Under the pieces are notes generated by a model, which did no database searches, was not told the origin of the DNA, and saw only the letters and a program-made list of their open reading frames with translations. From contig NC_043022.1 in assembly GCF_006345805.1 (NCBI RefSeq), positions 5,580,001-5,644,000 of the forward strand: DNA of 64,000 nucleotides, read 5' to 3'. This stretch comes from Octopus sinensis (Eukaryota). Positions 52,077 through 64,000 of this stretch are shown piece after piece (the first letter of the stretch is position 1; each line of letters begins with the position of its first letter). The translations under genes were made by a program, and so were the position numbers.

Positions 52077-52654
52077 GTATGTATGTATGTGTATGCATGT
52101 GTATATATGTATATATCTATGTGTGTGTCTTTGTGTCTGTTTGTCCTCCCATCATCCCTTGACAACTGGTGTTGGTGTGTTTACATCCCTGTAACTTAAG
52201 AGTTTGGCAAAAGAGACTGATAGAATAAGTACTAGGCTTACAAAGAATAAGTCCAGGGTCGATTTGTTTGTCTAAAACCCTTCAAGGTGGTGCTCCAGTA
52301 TGGCCACAGTCAAATGACTGGAAACAAATAAAAAAGAAAATAAAGAAAAGAAACAAATTAACCAAAAATTGTTGAAAAGCAGCCAATTTTGAAGAATGTG
52401 CTTGGGGGGGGGGTGGAGCAGTCGTTCCCCTTGCTCCCCTATTAGCTACGCCACTGCACACATATGCATTAAATCTGCCACCCTGTACCCCCCCATATGT
52501 GTATACATGTGTAGCCTGTCACGCTGTACCCTGTATATGTTTAAACAACCACCCTGCGCTCCACGCAAACATACAAACTGTTGTTCTGTAAATATCTTGA
52601 CACCAACTGGCAGCAGAAGCTGGAGTCAAGGCTGTCATCCTCCTTGTATTGTAG

Positions 52655-53124
52655 AGCTGTGTGTGGTGTGTGTGTGTGTGTGTGTGAGTGTGTGTGAGTG
52701 TGTGTGTGTGTGTGTGTGCGTGCATGTGTGTTAATGCGTGTGTGTGAGTGTGGTGTGTGAGTGTGTGTGAGTGTTTGTGTGTTGTGGTGCATGTGTGTTA
52801 ATGCGTGTGTGAGTGTGAGCATGTGTGTTAATGCGTGTGTATGTGTGTGTGTGTGAGTGTGTGTGAGTGTGTGTGTGTGTGTGTGCGTGCATGTGTGTTA
52901 ATGCGTGTGTATGTGTGTGTGTGTGTGTGAGTGTGTGTGTGTGAGTGTGTGTGTGTGTGCATGCATGTGTGTTAATGCGTGTGTGTGAGTGTGTGTGTGC
53001 ACGCACATGTTTCAGTGCGTGTGAGTGCATGTGTGAGTGTGTGTGTGTGCACATGCGTGTGTGTGTGTGTGCACATGCGTGTGTGTGTATGTGGGTGTGT
53101 GCATGCATGTGTGTTAGTGCATGT

Positions 53125-53156
<32 letters not shown>

Positions 53157-53610
53157 TGCACGTACGTGCTTTAGTGCATGTGTGAGTGCGTGTATGTGAG
53201 TGAGTGTGTGGGTGCATCTGCGTGTGTGTGAGCACGTGTGTGTGAGGGAGAGAGAACAGTGATATCAAGTGTCTGCGTGTGCGTGTGCACATGTGTGTGT
53301 GTGCATGTGAGTGAGTGTGCACGTGTGTGTGAGGGAGAGAGAAAAGTGATATCAAGTGTGTGCGCGTGTGTGTGTAAGCATCTGTAAGTAAGTGGGAATT
53401 CCTATGCATAAGACAATGATTGAGTGGAAGACAGTATGTGTGCGTTTGTGTGTGTGAGTGTGTGTGTGTGTATATATATATATATGTATGTACAAGTGAA
53501 TACATTACCATATATGTAATTTCTTCAAACTCTCTCTATATGTGTGTGTGCGTGCGTGTGTGCGTGCGTGTGTGCGTGCGTGTGTGCGTGCGTGTGTGCG
53601 TGCGTGTGTG
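52655..53610. repeat. (GT)n compound minisatellite with GCATGTGTGTTAATGC subunits, then (GCGT)n
   Basis: Directly visible. Confidence 0.9.
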
Positions 53611-54002
53611 TTTGTATTTGTCAGGGCCAAGGTTGTCATCCAACAACACAAAGGACCATTTCCAAAAGTCCCAATTACCAAATCCCATAATTACATTGTA
53701 CAATATCTTAAACAACATCTGATCTGTATTAAGGGTGGTGGTGCTGCTGCTGCTGATGGGGGTAGTGGACAAATATTTCATATGTTGAGGGTGGAACGGG
53801 GGGGGGGGCTGTCTCTATTGTCAAGCTGTCCTTCCATTTCACTTCCTGATTTCGTCTTACAGACAGACATTCTGCTGATGTTTCATATTTCATTTGAGAA
53901 TTTTCTCCTCAACGGTTGAAGTGTCTGCAAGTGGGGGGACTTTATTTTCAGGAAGAAATTACATTTCAATTTATTATTGTATACGCACATACATACACAC
54001 AT

Positions 54003-54300
54003 GAGGCACATGGCCCAGTGGTTAGAGTGTCGGGCTCACAGTCATAAGGTAGTGAGTTCAATTCCCGGACCGGGCTGCATGTTGTGTTCTTGAGCAAAAC
54101 CCTTTAATTCACGTTGCTCTAGTTCACTCAGCTGTAGAAATGAGTTGTGGCATCACTGGTGCCAAACTGTATCGGGGCCCCTTTGCCTTTCACAACATCA
54201 GTGGCATGGAGAGGGGAGGATGGTATGCATGGGTGACTGGTGGTTTTCCATAAACAACCTTACCTGGACTTGTGCCTTGAAGGGGAGGGGAACCTGGAGG
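54003..54300 (+). mobile_element. tRNA-derived SINE family C
   Basis: Head GGCACATGGCCCAGTGGTTAGAG...GAGTTCAATTCCC and TTGAGCAA domain shared with family E, distinct tail; second copy at 58051-58389 (-). Confidence 0.8.
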
Positions 54301-54489
54301 GTAAAAAAGAGGAAAAGCCCCATCATTCTGTTAGGGTTTTTTGCTCTTTCTTGATGTGTGGATAGATGCTGGCATCTGTGTGTTTTAAGAAGTTGGCTTC
54401 AGAACCACAGAGCAGTGATGGGGGAGGGGGGCAAACGCAGATACATACAGACAACAGACACGTGTAAACACACGCGCATGCATATATGT

Positions 54490-54870
54490 GGAAGCACTCC
54501 GTCGGTTACGACGATGAGGGTTCCGGTTGATCCGACCAACGGAACAGCCTGCTCGTGAAATTAACGTGTAAGTTGCTGAGCACTCCACAGACACATGTAC
54601 CCTTAACGTAGTTCTCGGGGATATTCAGCGTGACACAGAGAGTGACAAGGCCGGCCCTTTGAAATACAGGTACAACAGAAACAGGAAATAAGAGTGAAAG
54701 AAAATTGTGGTGAAAGAGTACAGCAGGGATCACCACCATCCCCTGCCGGAGCCTTGTGGAGCTTTAAGTGTTTTCGCTCAATAAACATTCACAACGCCCG
54801 GTCTGGGAATCGAAACCGCGATCCTACGACCGCGAGTCCGCTGCCCTAACCACTGGGCCATTGCGCCTCC
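54490..54870 (-). mobile_element. Young tRNA-derived SINE family D, nested in the microsatellite of a SINE A
   Basis: Nearly identical to 60999-61382; CpG-rich; head GGAGGCGCAATGGCCCAGTGGTTAGGG...GGTTTCGATTCCC. Confidence 0.9.
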
Positions 54871-55482
54871 ATGCACGCATATATATGACAGGCTTCTTTC
54901 AATTTCCATCAACCAGATTCACTCACAAGGCCTTGGTCAGCCCGAGGCTATTGTAGAAGCCACTTGCCCAAGGTGCCACATATTGGGGCTGAAGGGGTAA
55001 AAAAGATTAATAAATCCAGACAGATGTGTAGAAAGGGCTCAGTGATTAAGTAATACAAGCTGTAGTTGAGTCGGTGGTGGTGGTGGTGGTGGTATTTGTG
55101 GTGGTGGTGGTGCTGCTGCTGGTAATGGTGGTGGTAGTAATATCTTCTAGTTAAGAGAGAGAGGAGTACCCATAATCCATTACAGGGTCTCTGAAAGTGG
55201 TGACAGGGTGGAGAAGGAGGAGGTAACCTCAAACCAGAAATTTGACCCAAATGCTTATAAGAGAGTGCCTATAGTGAGGGTGGCAAGCTGGCAGAATCGT
55301 TAGCATGCTGGACAAAATGCTTAGCAGCAATTCCTCCATCTTTATGTTCAGAGTTCAAATCCTGCTAGGGTCAACTTTGGCTTTCATTGTTTCGGGGTTG
55401 AATACTGGGGTTGATTTAATCAACTTAGCCCCTCCCCTGAACTTGCTGGCCTTGTGCCAAAATTAGAAACCATTATTATTAC

Positions 55483-55516
<34 letters not shown>

Positions 55517-55529
55517 CATCATTATTATT

Positions 55530-56016
55530 GAGTGAGAGAGCAGTGCCTGCCATCAAAGTGACTGTGAGGTAAAATATATGAAGCCTAGTATACCCATCAT
55601 GACTACCCGTCTGATAAGGGTACACCAGGCCCATGCATCACAACCATATGTGCATGACATGGTAATTTCATATCAAGATAAACATCCTACTCAAAAGATC
55701 CCTGAATGAGGTTTGTTTAAGGCTGTTGATAGAAACGCCCATGTTTCCAGAGGTGAATTATCCAAACCCCAAAGAATTCCTTTTAACACATGACTATGAT
55801 GCTCCCCCACTACTTCTGCTCCTGATCAGAGATGCACGCATTCTCAGCCACTAAGGGACGTGCTCGACAACTGACAAGCAAATCTGTGGTATTGAGCAGA
55901 ATATTTGCTGTAGCCCATCTTTTATACCAAAACAAAACAACGTACACGATAATAGTTCCAATCAGTTAAGATCAGAAGCCATGAGAGTAACTGCCTGGTA
56001 CTGCATCAGGGCATTT
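55530..56016 (-). mobile_element. Interspersed element embedded in (TAA)n, possibly R4/Dong-related
   Basis: ~490 bp of complex sequence bounded on both sides by (TTA)n; class inferred only from target preference. Confidence 0.35.
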
Positions 56017-56239
56017 ATTACTATTATTATTATTATTATTATTATTATTTCATTATTATTATTATTATTATTATTATTTTATTATTATTATTATTATATT
56101 ATTATTATTATTTTATATTATTATATTATTATATATTATTTTATTATTATTATTATATTATTTTATTATTAATTATTTATTATTATTATTATTATTATTA
56201 TTTTTTATTATTATTATCATTATTATTTTTTTATTATTA

Positions 56240-56271
<32 letters not shown>

Positions 56272-57179
56272 TATACTTACTAACTTGTAGATTTCCTCTT
56301 GGTTACCGAATCACTACTTTACCACATTTCTAACACCAAGAGCAACCAAGGGAGTGTCTGTAACTGACTGCAGAACAAATGGCACAGAGAGATATCATTT
56401 GAAGATCAGTGACACTTTTTTTCCAGCTCCAGGTATCCAATCGATATAAAGAAAACCACACTACCTTGGTTGTAATCAATACCTGATCACACCTCATCAT
56501 TAAAAAGGCATTAAAAAAAACAATTTGCTGTTTTTTATTGCAAATACCGTGGTTTGTTTTTTACCTGTTATTTTTTTTTTTTTTCCTTATTTCCTGATTC
56601 CAATGTAATACATCTTGTGGTATTTATTGTTGCTGTTGTTGTTGTTGCTTGAGCAGATGGGGATGGAAGCAGGAGGGGTTGGGTGCAGGAGGGGGGTGGG
56701 GGTGCCTTAATGCAGGCATCATTAACGGCAATCAGTTATAATTCCCATTAAAACAAGACTTTAAATGAAACGAAGAGTTCCTCCTCCGTCTCTCCTCGAA
56801 CCATTTCTCAGGCCACCACCTCACTACAAGTCGAAAGCTGTCTGTCATCGTGGTGCTTGTTAACAGCAGAGAGAGCTCTTTAAGTAATTTATTTACTACG
56901 TAATCAACACTTTTCTATTTCTTATCACACCATTAATTGCTACTGGCTGCATTCAATGAGACAACCTCAAAGATGTTGGCTTTTAGATTTTTGCCTTTTA
57001 TTTATTTATTTATTTCTCATTACATCAGACCATGCCTCCCCAAAAACTACTTTCCTCACACACACACACACACACACACATAAAATATCTCTCCACTCCA
57101 CACACACCTCACACTCTCCCTAACTCCCACATGCTATCTTGCTCTACTCCTACCTCACACGTATCCTATCTCTCTCTCT

Positions 57180-57259
57180 TTCGCTCTCTCTCTCTCTTCG
57201 CTCTCTCTCTCTCTCTTTCGCTCTCTCTCTTTCATAGACACACACACAATGTCTGCACA

Positions 57260-57323
<64 letters not shown>

Positions 57324-57594
57324 TAACCTTCACACATTCTTTCTCTCCTGACACACATACTTTCTGTGTGTATGTGTCTCTCTCTCACACACACACACAC
57401 TCTCACTCTCTCTCACACACTCACTATACACTATCTCTCTCTCTCCCACACACACTATCTCTCTTTCTTTCTCTCTATCTCTCTCTCTCATGCATACATA
57501 CACACACAGAGTCTTATGCTGTCTCTCACTTTCTCTCACTTTCTCCCCTCCTACTCTACACACACTTTCTTTCTCTCAATTTTTCCCTATCTCA

Positions 57595-57625
<31 letters not shown>

Positions 57626-57630
57626 GTATT
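57180..57630. repeat. (CT)/(CA) compound microsatellite
   Basis: Directly visible. Confidence 0.9.
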
Positions 57631-59064
57631 TTGATTCTATGTCTCATGTCTTAAAGACACTCAACATGATAAGTTACAACTTCAAACAGGATTTGTCAAC
57701 ACAAAACAGCTGGCTCCTTAATGATGCGGCTGTTGTCATTGTGTGGCCAAGTGGACACCTCTCATAAATAAAGGAAACTGACCAAAAGTTTGGACATAAG
57801 CCCCATCCCCACCACAACCACAGTTGTAGCCCTGCCTTGAGTTCTGACTGTCCTAATCCGACTTCTCTTAATCTAGTTTAGTACAGACTCAATTAAGGTA
57901 AGATGATGGACTGGGCTTGAATGAGGATTAATCGTAAATGACAACAATGACCACCACCATCAAAAAGACCACTGCCTTTTACAATTACTGCCACTACTGC
58001 CACAACAACCACCAACACTACAACTACCACCACCACAACTATTAAAGGGTAAAGACTCCCTTTGGTCATGAATGACCATGGGATTGCATCTAGAAAGTTC
58101 CCCTCCAAGGCACAAGTTCGGGCAAGGTTGTTTTATGGAAGACCAGCAGTCACCCATGCATACCAGCCTCTCCTCTCCACACCACTTATGTTGTCCAAGG
58201 GAAAGGCAAAGGCCATGATACAGTTTGGCACCAGTGATGCTGCAACTCATTTCTACAGATGAGTGAACTGGAGCAACGTGAAATCAAGTGTCTTGCTCAA
58301 GAACACAACACACAGCCCGGGTCTGTGAATTGAACTCACTACCTCATGATTGTGATCCTGACACTCTAACCACTGAGCTATGCACCTTCATGAGTAAACT
58401 GATCCATTAACAAACTGTTACAAATGGTGTTACTCTTCACAGAATGAAACACAAAATGTCAATAAATAAATAAACGCAAACTATGTGAGGAGAATTTTTT
58501 AAAAATGTATTATTATTAATGTGATGCATAGAAATAAGAAGCAATCACTGCAGAAACTCTGCAACAAATTACAGAGGAACAAATTAAATCCGGTCCATTG
58601 ACTTGGGAGAAAATCTGAGTGTTTGTGAGTGGAGAAATCATTTTGATAAAAGTGGTATTATTGGCTGGTGTAGACAAAAGAGAGACGGCTGCATTAGCAA
58701 GGTAATTTGATGTGAATGTGTTAGAACAGGATGTAATCTATTTTGTAAAAGTATAAACAGCGCAAAGTGGAGTATTTCTTTGTAGATTGAATAAATCTTA
58801 TTGAGTTTTCATCAGAGGTGTGTTATCTCCATTAATTTGACCAATTCCAGACAAAACAAGCAGACAATCTCTTTATGTAGCCAACAATAACAGAAGCAAC
58901 AGAAGACGGGAATGACTGATTTGCATACCATAAGCATTGACACTTTATTTAATATCAGGGGCCTGTCAAGCGGGGGTTCTTGTTCAAATAGTGTCAAGGT
59001 ACGATATATGTAGCCTATATAGTAGATATACAAACAGTGTGGACAGACAGGCAGATGGTTAGAT

Positions 59065-59185
59065 ATAGATGATAATATATATAATATATATATAAATATT
59101 AATATATATATATTAATATATAAATAATATATATATATATAAAATATTATATATATATATATAATATAATATATATATATATATA

Positions 59186-59239
<54 letters not shown>

Positions 59240-59470
59240 GAAAAATATATATATATATATATATAAATAATATATATTAATATATAAATTATATATATAT
59301 ATATAAATATATTATATTATAATATATATAAATAAATATATATATATATATATATATAAATATCATATATATATATATATATAAATAAATATATATATAT
59401 ATATATATAATAAATATATATATATATATATAAATAAATATATATATATATAATATATATATAATATATA
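59065..59470. repeat. Nearly pure A/T (TA)n-derived tract
   Basis: Directly visible. Confidence 0.95.
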
Positions 59471-60998
59471 AAAATGTATAGTATTAATTCCGGAGTGTTA
59501 GATAACAAACCGATTATTATAACTCTACGCTCATCAGAGCTAGCACGATATGGAAGAGAATATGACAAATACATACATACATATATATTATATTATATAT
59601 ATATATAATATATATATATATAATATATAATATATATATATATATGTATATATATAGTTATATATATTATATGGATGTATGTAATGTATGTATGCTGTCT
59701 GTTGTAGATAGGGTTGTTAAATGTGAAAAAATGTTACAAATAGAATAGAGAGGGGAAGAGGGGGAAGAAGTCAAGTCAGAAGGGAGAATGGTGGTGAGCT
59801 CAGTGATAAAGTGTCATGGTGGTGACGGTGGTGATGGTGGTTTTCATGGAGTTCATGGTCATGTTGTTGTTACTGCTATTGGTGGTGGTGGTGATGATGA
59901 TTCTGGTGAATATTACAGTCCAATGGTAAATCAATCAACAGCAGCGGAACTTCTTTACAATTGTTTACACTACTACTACAAAAAAAAACAACTACTACTA
60001 CTACTACACCCATTAACATTTCTGCCACTACTACTGTACCACAGACACACACAATACACACACACACACACACACTACACACACACAATACACACACAGA
60101 CACACACATCTTTTATCTTTTACTTATTTCAGCCACTGGGCTGTGGCCATGATGGAGCACTGCCTTGAAGAGTTGAGTCCAGAGGGGCCCACATTGACTC
60201 TTGGAGGTTCCATATAAGATTTTGCTAAAATTTTGCCTGCAATAAACTGGTTACACTTCTACAATAAATATTTAGACAATTTTTTTATGCAATTCATAAC
60301 AACATTTAATTATGAGAATATTAAGGATATGAGGGTCCCTATGAGGTTCCACCTGAATAAAATAGAAATCAAAAGGGTCCATAGGTAAAAAAAGAAAAAA
60401 TAGTTGGGAAGCACTGGTTTAATCAAACAAATCATCTGGATGTAAGTCATCTGGATGTAAACAAACCAACACTGGCTGTCAAATGTCAGTGGGGGACAAA
60501 CACAAAGACACACACACACACATACATACACACAAGTATATGCATGATATAAGTCTAGAAAACCATTCATTGTACAGCATAGCCATCACTCGCAAGAGAG
60601 AGGATAACTGGGTAACAAGCTGTACCATGCTTTCACTTATAGTTTCAGGTGCCTGTGTAGTCATGAGGAGAAAACAATCATCTTCTTGGACTCACTCAGG
60701 GACCAGTGACAGCCCCATGATCTGAGTGGTAAAGGGGTAAAAAGGGCTGCAGCAACAGTTGATTGGGACTGATTGACAGCTGAGTAAACTGGAGAACTTT
60801 CGAAATAAAGTGCCCTGCTCAAAGACACAATGTACCAGCCGATCAAGAAACTGAACCCACGATCTCATGACCAGGAGACAAACACCTTAACCACTAGGCT
60901 ACAAAATTCTATAAATATCAGACAGCAGACATTATCATAGAAATAGAGTATAGTGCAGTGTACAAACAGCAGACATTATCACAGAAGTAGTATGGTGT

Positions 60999-61382
60999 GG
61001 AAGCACTCCGTCGGTTACGACGATGAGGGTTCCGGTTGATCCGAATCAACGGAATAGCCTGCTCGTGAAATTAACGTGTAAGTGGCTGAGCACTCCACAG
61101 ACACGTGTACCCTTAACGTAGTTCTCGGGGAGATTCAGCGTGACACAGAGAGTGACAAGGCCGGCCCTTTGAAATACAGGTACAACAGAAACAGGAAGTA
61201 AGAGTGAGAGAAAGTTGTGGTGAAAGAGTACAGCAGGGATCACCACCATCCCCTGCCTGAGCCTCGTGGAGCTTTAGGTGTTTTTGCTCAATAAACACTC
61301 ACAACGCCCGGTCTGGGAATCGAAACCGCGATCCTATGACCGCGAGTCCGCTGCCCTAACCACTGGGCCATTGCGCCTCCAC
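60999..61382 (-). mobile_element. Young SINE family D, full length
   Basis: 14-bp TSD AAGTAGTATGGTGT at 60985-60998 and 61383-61396. Confidence 0.92.
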
Positions 61383-61675
61383 AAGTAGTATGGTGTACAA
61401 ACAGTAAGAATAGTTATATACTGCTGTCTACAAATATTATCACATGAGCTCCATATTAGAAGGCTGCATATTTTTAATTAACTTCTACTCATTAACAAAA
61501 TATTAAATAACTAAATTGATATTGTAAGGCAATGATTATAACTGCTGCTAATTTTTTTTTTGTTTTATTTCTCAAAGATATTTCCTTTCAAGTATTCTCT
61601 CTTAATTGAACAGTTTTTGTTCAAAACCATTCGTTGCTGATGGCAGCTTATCTCTTGATATATGAATGCACAATG

Positions 61676-62200
61676 ATGTGTGTGTGTGTGGATGGATGTG
61701 TGTGTGTGTGTGTGTGGATGGATGTGTGTGTGTGTGTGGATGGGTGTGTGTGTGTGTGTGTGGATGGATTGTGTGTGTGTGTGTGGATGGATGTGTGTGT
61801 GTGTGGATGGATGTGTGTGTGTGTGGATGGGTGTGTGTGTGGATGTGTATGTGTGTGTGTGTGGATGGGTGTGTGTGTGTGTGGATGGGGTGTGGGTGTG
61901 TGTGTGTGGATGGGTGTTGTGTGTGTGTTGTGTGGGTGGATGGTTTGGGTGTGTGTGTTTTTGGATGGGTTGTGTGTGTGTGTGTGGATGTGGGTGGTGT
62001 GTGTGTGTGTGTGATGGGTGTGTGTGTGGATGGTATGTGTGTGTGTGTGTGGATGTGTGTGTGTGTGTGTGTGGATGGGTTGTGTGTGTGTGTGTGTGGA
62101 TGGGTGTGTGTGTGGATGGGTATGTGTGTGTGTGTGTGTGGATGTGTGTGTGTGTGTGTGGATGGGTGTGTGTGTGTTGGATGTGTGTGTGTGTGTGTAT
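61676..62200. repeat. (GT)n punctuated by GGATG(G)
   Basis: Directly visible. Confidence 0.9.
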
Positions 62201-63123
62201 GCATTGAATACTGGCACCAACTCTCACCTCCCTTATTAATCTACACACCAGATACATGTACTTCAAGATTTCTTGAATGAGAGTAACTTGTTATGTTTCT
62301 CTTTCTCCACACACACACAAACAATTTTATCTGCATTATCAACACTAAATGAGTAAATGGTAAGAACCCCCTTCAGTCATGAATGACCATGGGACTGCAC
62401 CAAGGAAGTTCCTTTCCAAGGTACAAGTCAGGACAAGGTTGTTTACGGAAGACCAGCAGTCACCCATGCATACCAACCTCCCCTCTTCATTCAGCAATCT
62501 GAATGTTAAAAGAGTTGAATTGACTTTATCTGGCCCAAATAGTCTACTTGTTTTATGTTTAAACCAGCCAGATCCAGCCTCTCATACACACCCTACAATG
62601 TCATTCCAAAATCAAACAATCACCTTATTGAAATCTCAGAGCTAAGAGACAGAGAAATGATTAATTGAAAACAAAGTGAATAAAAAAACATTACATTTGA
62701 CCGAATAAACTGAAGGCTGAAGGGTAGAATAAGAAGGGAAGGCCACAATCGGTTATGTAGAAGCAAGAGATATGGAAATGGTCACAGCTACAAAGTGTAT
62801 TCAACCATGACTGATCTGTCACTAAATGACAACAACAACTATCACAACAACACATATAACACGAAGAGGAAACTTCAGCACGGTTGCTTCGGGTAGAAGG
62901 ATCTCGTTTGTATAAGAGCACTTGTTAATTGTAAGGAAAGTAAAGAAGAGAGGAAAGGAAAGATGGCATGGAAATGGGTAGGATGTCTTTGGCCAGAGCC
63001 ATGCTTTATCAGGTCTGACTCTGGGCTAAATAGTAACAGTCACAGACACACATACATTGGTGTGTCTGTAAGCACAGGTAGATTTCTGAGTGGATTTGAA
63101 AGACGGAAACTGAAAGAAGCTTG

Positions 63124-63186
<63 letters not shown>

Positions 63187-63302
63187 GAGAGAGAGAAAGA
63201 TATAGATATATGTATGTATAAGTATACTAAGTCTATGATTTAAGTTATAGAATGAAGTTCGACAATTTCAACCATACTTTTCATAAATGGAGGAGATTCA
63301 AT

Positions 63303-63730
63303 ACTCTTTACTCTCTCTCTTTTAATCTTTTACTTGTTTCAGTCATTTGACTGCGGCCATGCCGGAGCACCGCCTTTAGTCGAGCAAATCGACCCTGGGA
63401 CTTATTCTTTGTAAGCCCAGTACTTAATCTATCGGTCTCTTTTGCCGAACCGCTAAGTGACGGGGTCATAAACACACCAGCATCGGTTGTCAAGCAATGC
63501 TAGGGGGACAAACACAGACACACAAACCACACACACACACACACACATATATATATACATATATACGACAGGCTTCTTTCAGTTTCCGTCTACCAAATCC
63601 ACTCACAAGGCATTGGTCGGCCCGGGGCTATAGCAGAAGACACTTGCCCAAGATGCCACGCAATGGGACTGAACCCGCAACCATGTGGTTGGTTAGCAAG
63701 CTACTTACCACACAGCCACTCCTGCGCCTA
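63303..63730 (-). mobile_element. SINE family A, full length
   Basis: Complete head, core, internal microsatellite and tail. Confidence 0.92.
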
Positions 63731-63792
63731 TGTTAATATAGAATAAAATATTTATTCAATTCACTAAATAGGTATGTATATGTATATATATA

Positions 63793-64000
63793 TAGGCGCA
63801 GGAGTGGCTGTGTGGTAAGTAGCTTGCTAACCAACCACATGGTTCCGGGTTCAGTCCTACTGCGTGGCATCTTGGGCAAGTGTCTTCTACTATAGCCCCG
63901 GGCCGACCAATGCCTTGTGAGTGGATTTGGTAGACGGAAACTGAAAGAAGCCTGTCGTATATATGTATATATATATATGTATGTGTGTGTGTGTTTGTGT
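63793..64000 (+). mobile_element. SINE family A, 5' part (runs off the window)
   Basis: GGCGCAGGAGTGGCTGTGTGGTAAG head and core. Confidence 0.9.

Noticed and set aside
59515-59545. CTGATGAG on the minus strand
   Set aside because: No downstream GAAA or stem II.
61300-61382. tRNA gene
   Set aside because: The tRNA-like A/B boxes are the head of a SINE that has a TSD and a second copy in the window.
257-63736. Most ORFs in the six-frame track (poly-I/Y/V/H/T/C and recurrent SINE translations)
   Set aside because: They are translations of microsatellites or of multi-copy SINEs, with no domain-like content or splice structure.

Overview
AT-rich, non-coding animal genomic DNA, most likely from an octopus (coleoid cephalopod). 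That assignment is recalled from the SINE families and the very high microsatellite load, not from a database check. I find no credible intact host gene; nearly all ORFs in the supplied track are translations of microsatellites or SINEs. The window is a mosaic of several tRNA-derived or RTE-derived SINE families, Tc1/mariner, hAT and piggyBac-like MITEs, non-autonomous Helitrons, decayed LINE fragments and long compound microsatellites. The main non-routine observations are: (1) a hidden 195-bp (65-codon) tandem repeat at about 19.7-21.0 kb whose reading frame is restored when nested TEs are removed and which has a TGA at the same codon in three units; (2) Penelope-type minimal hammerhead-ribozyme motifs, including an inverted pair at 38.4-38.6 kb; (3) a 2.1-kb Helitron with cargo at 42.5-44.6 kb; (4) a SINE-mediated tandem duplication with a breakpoint mappable to about 4 bp; (5) a five-unit SINE array with an A-B-B-B-A variant pattern. 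All alignments and folds were done by eye, and boundaries without TSDs are approximate.
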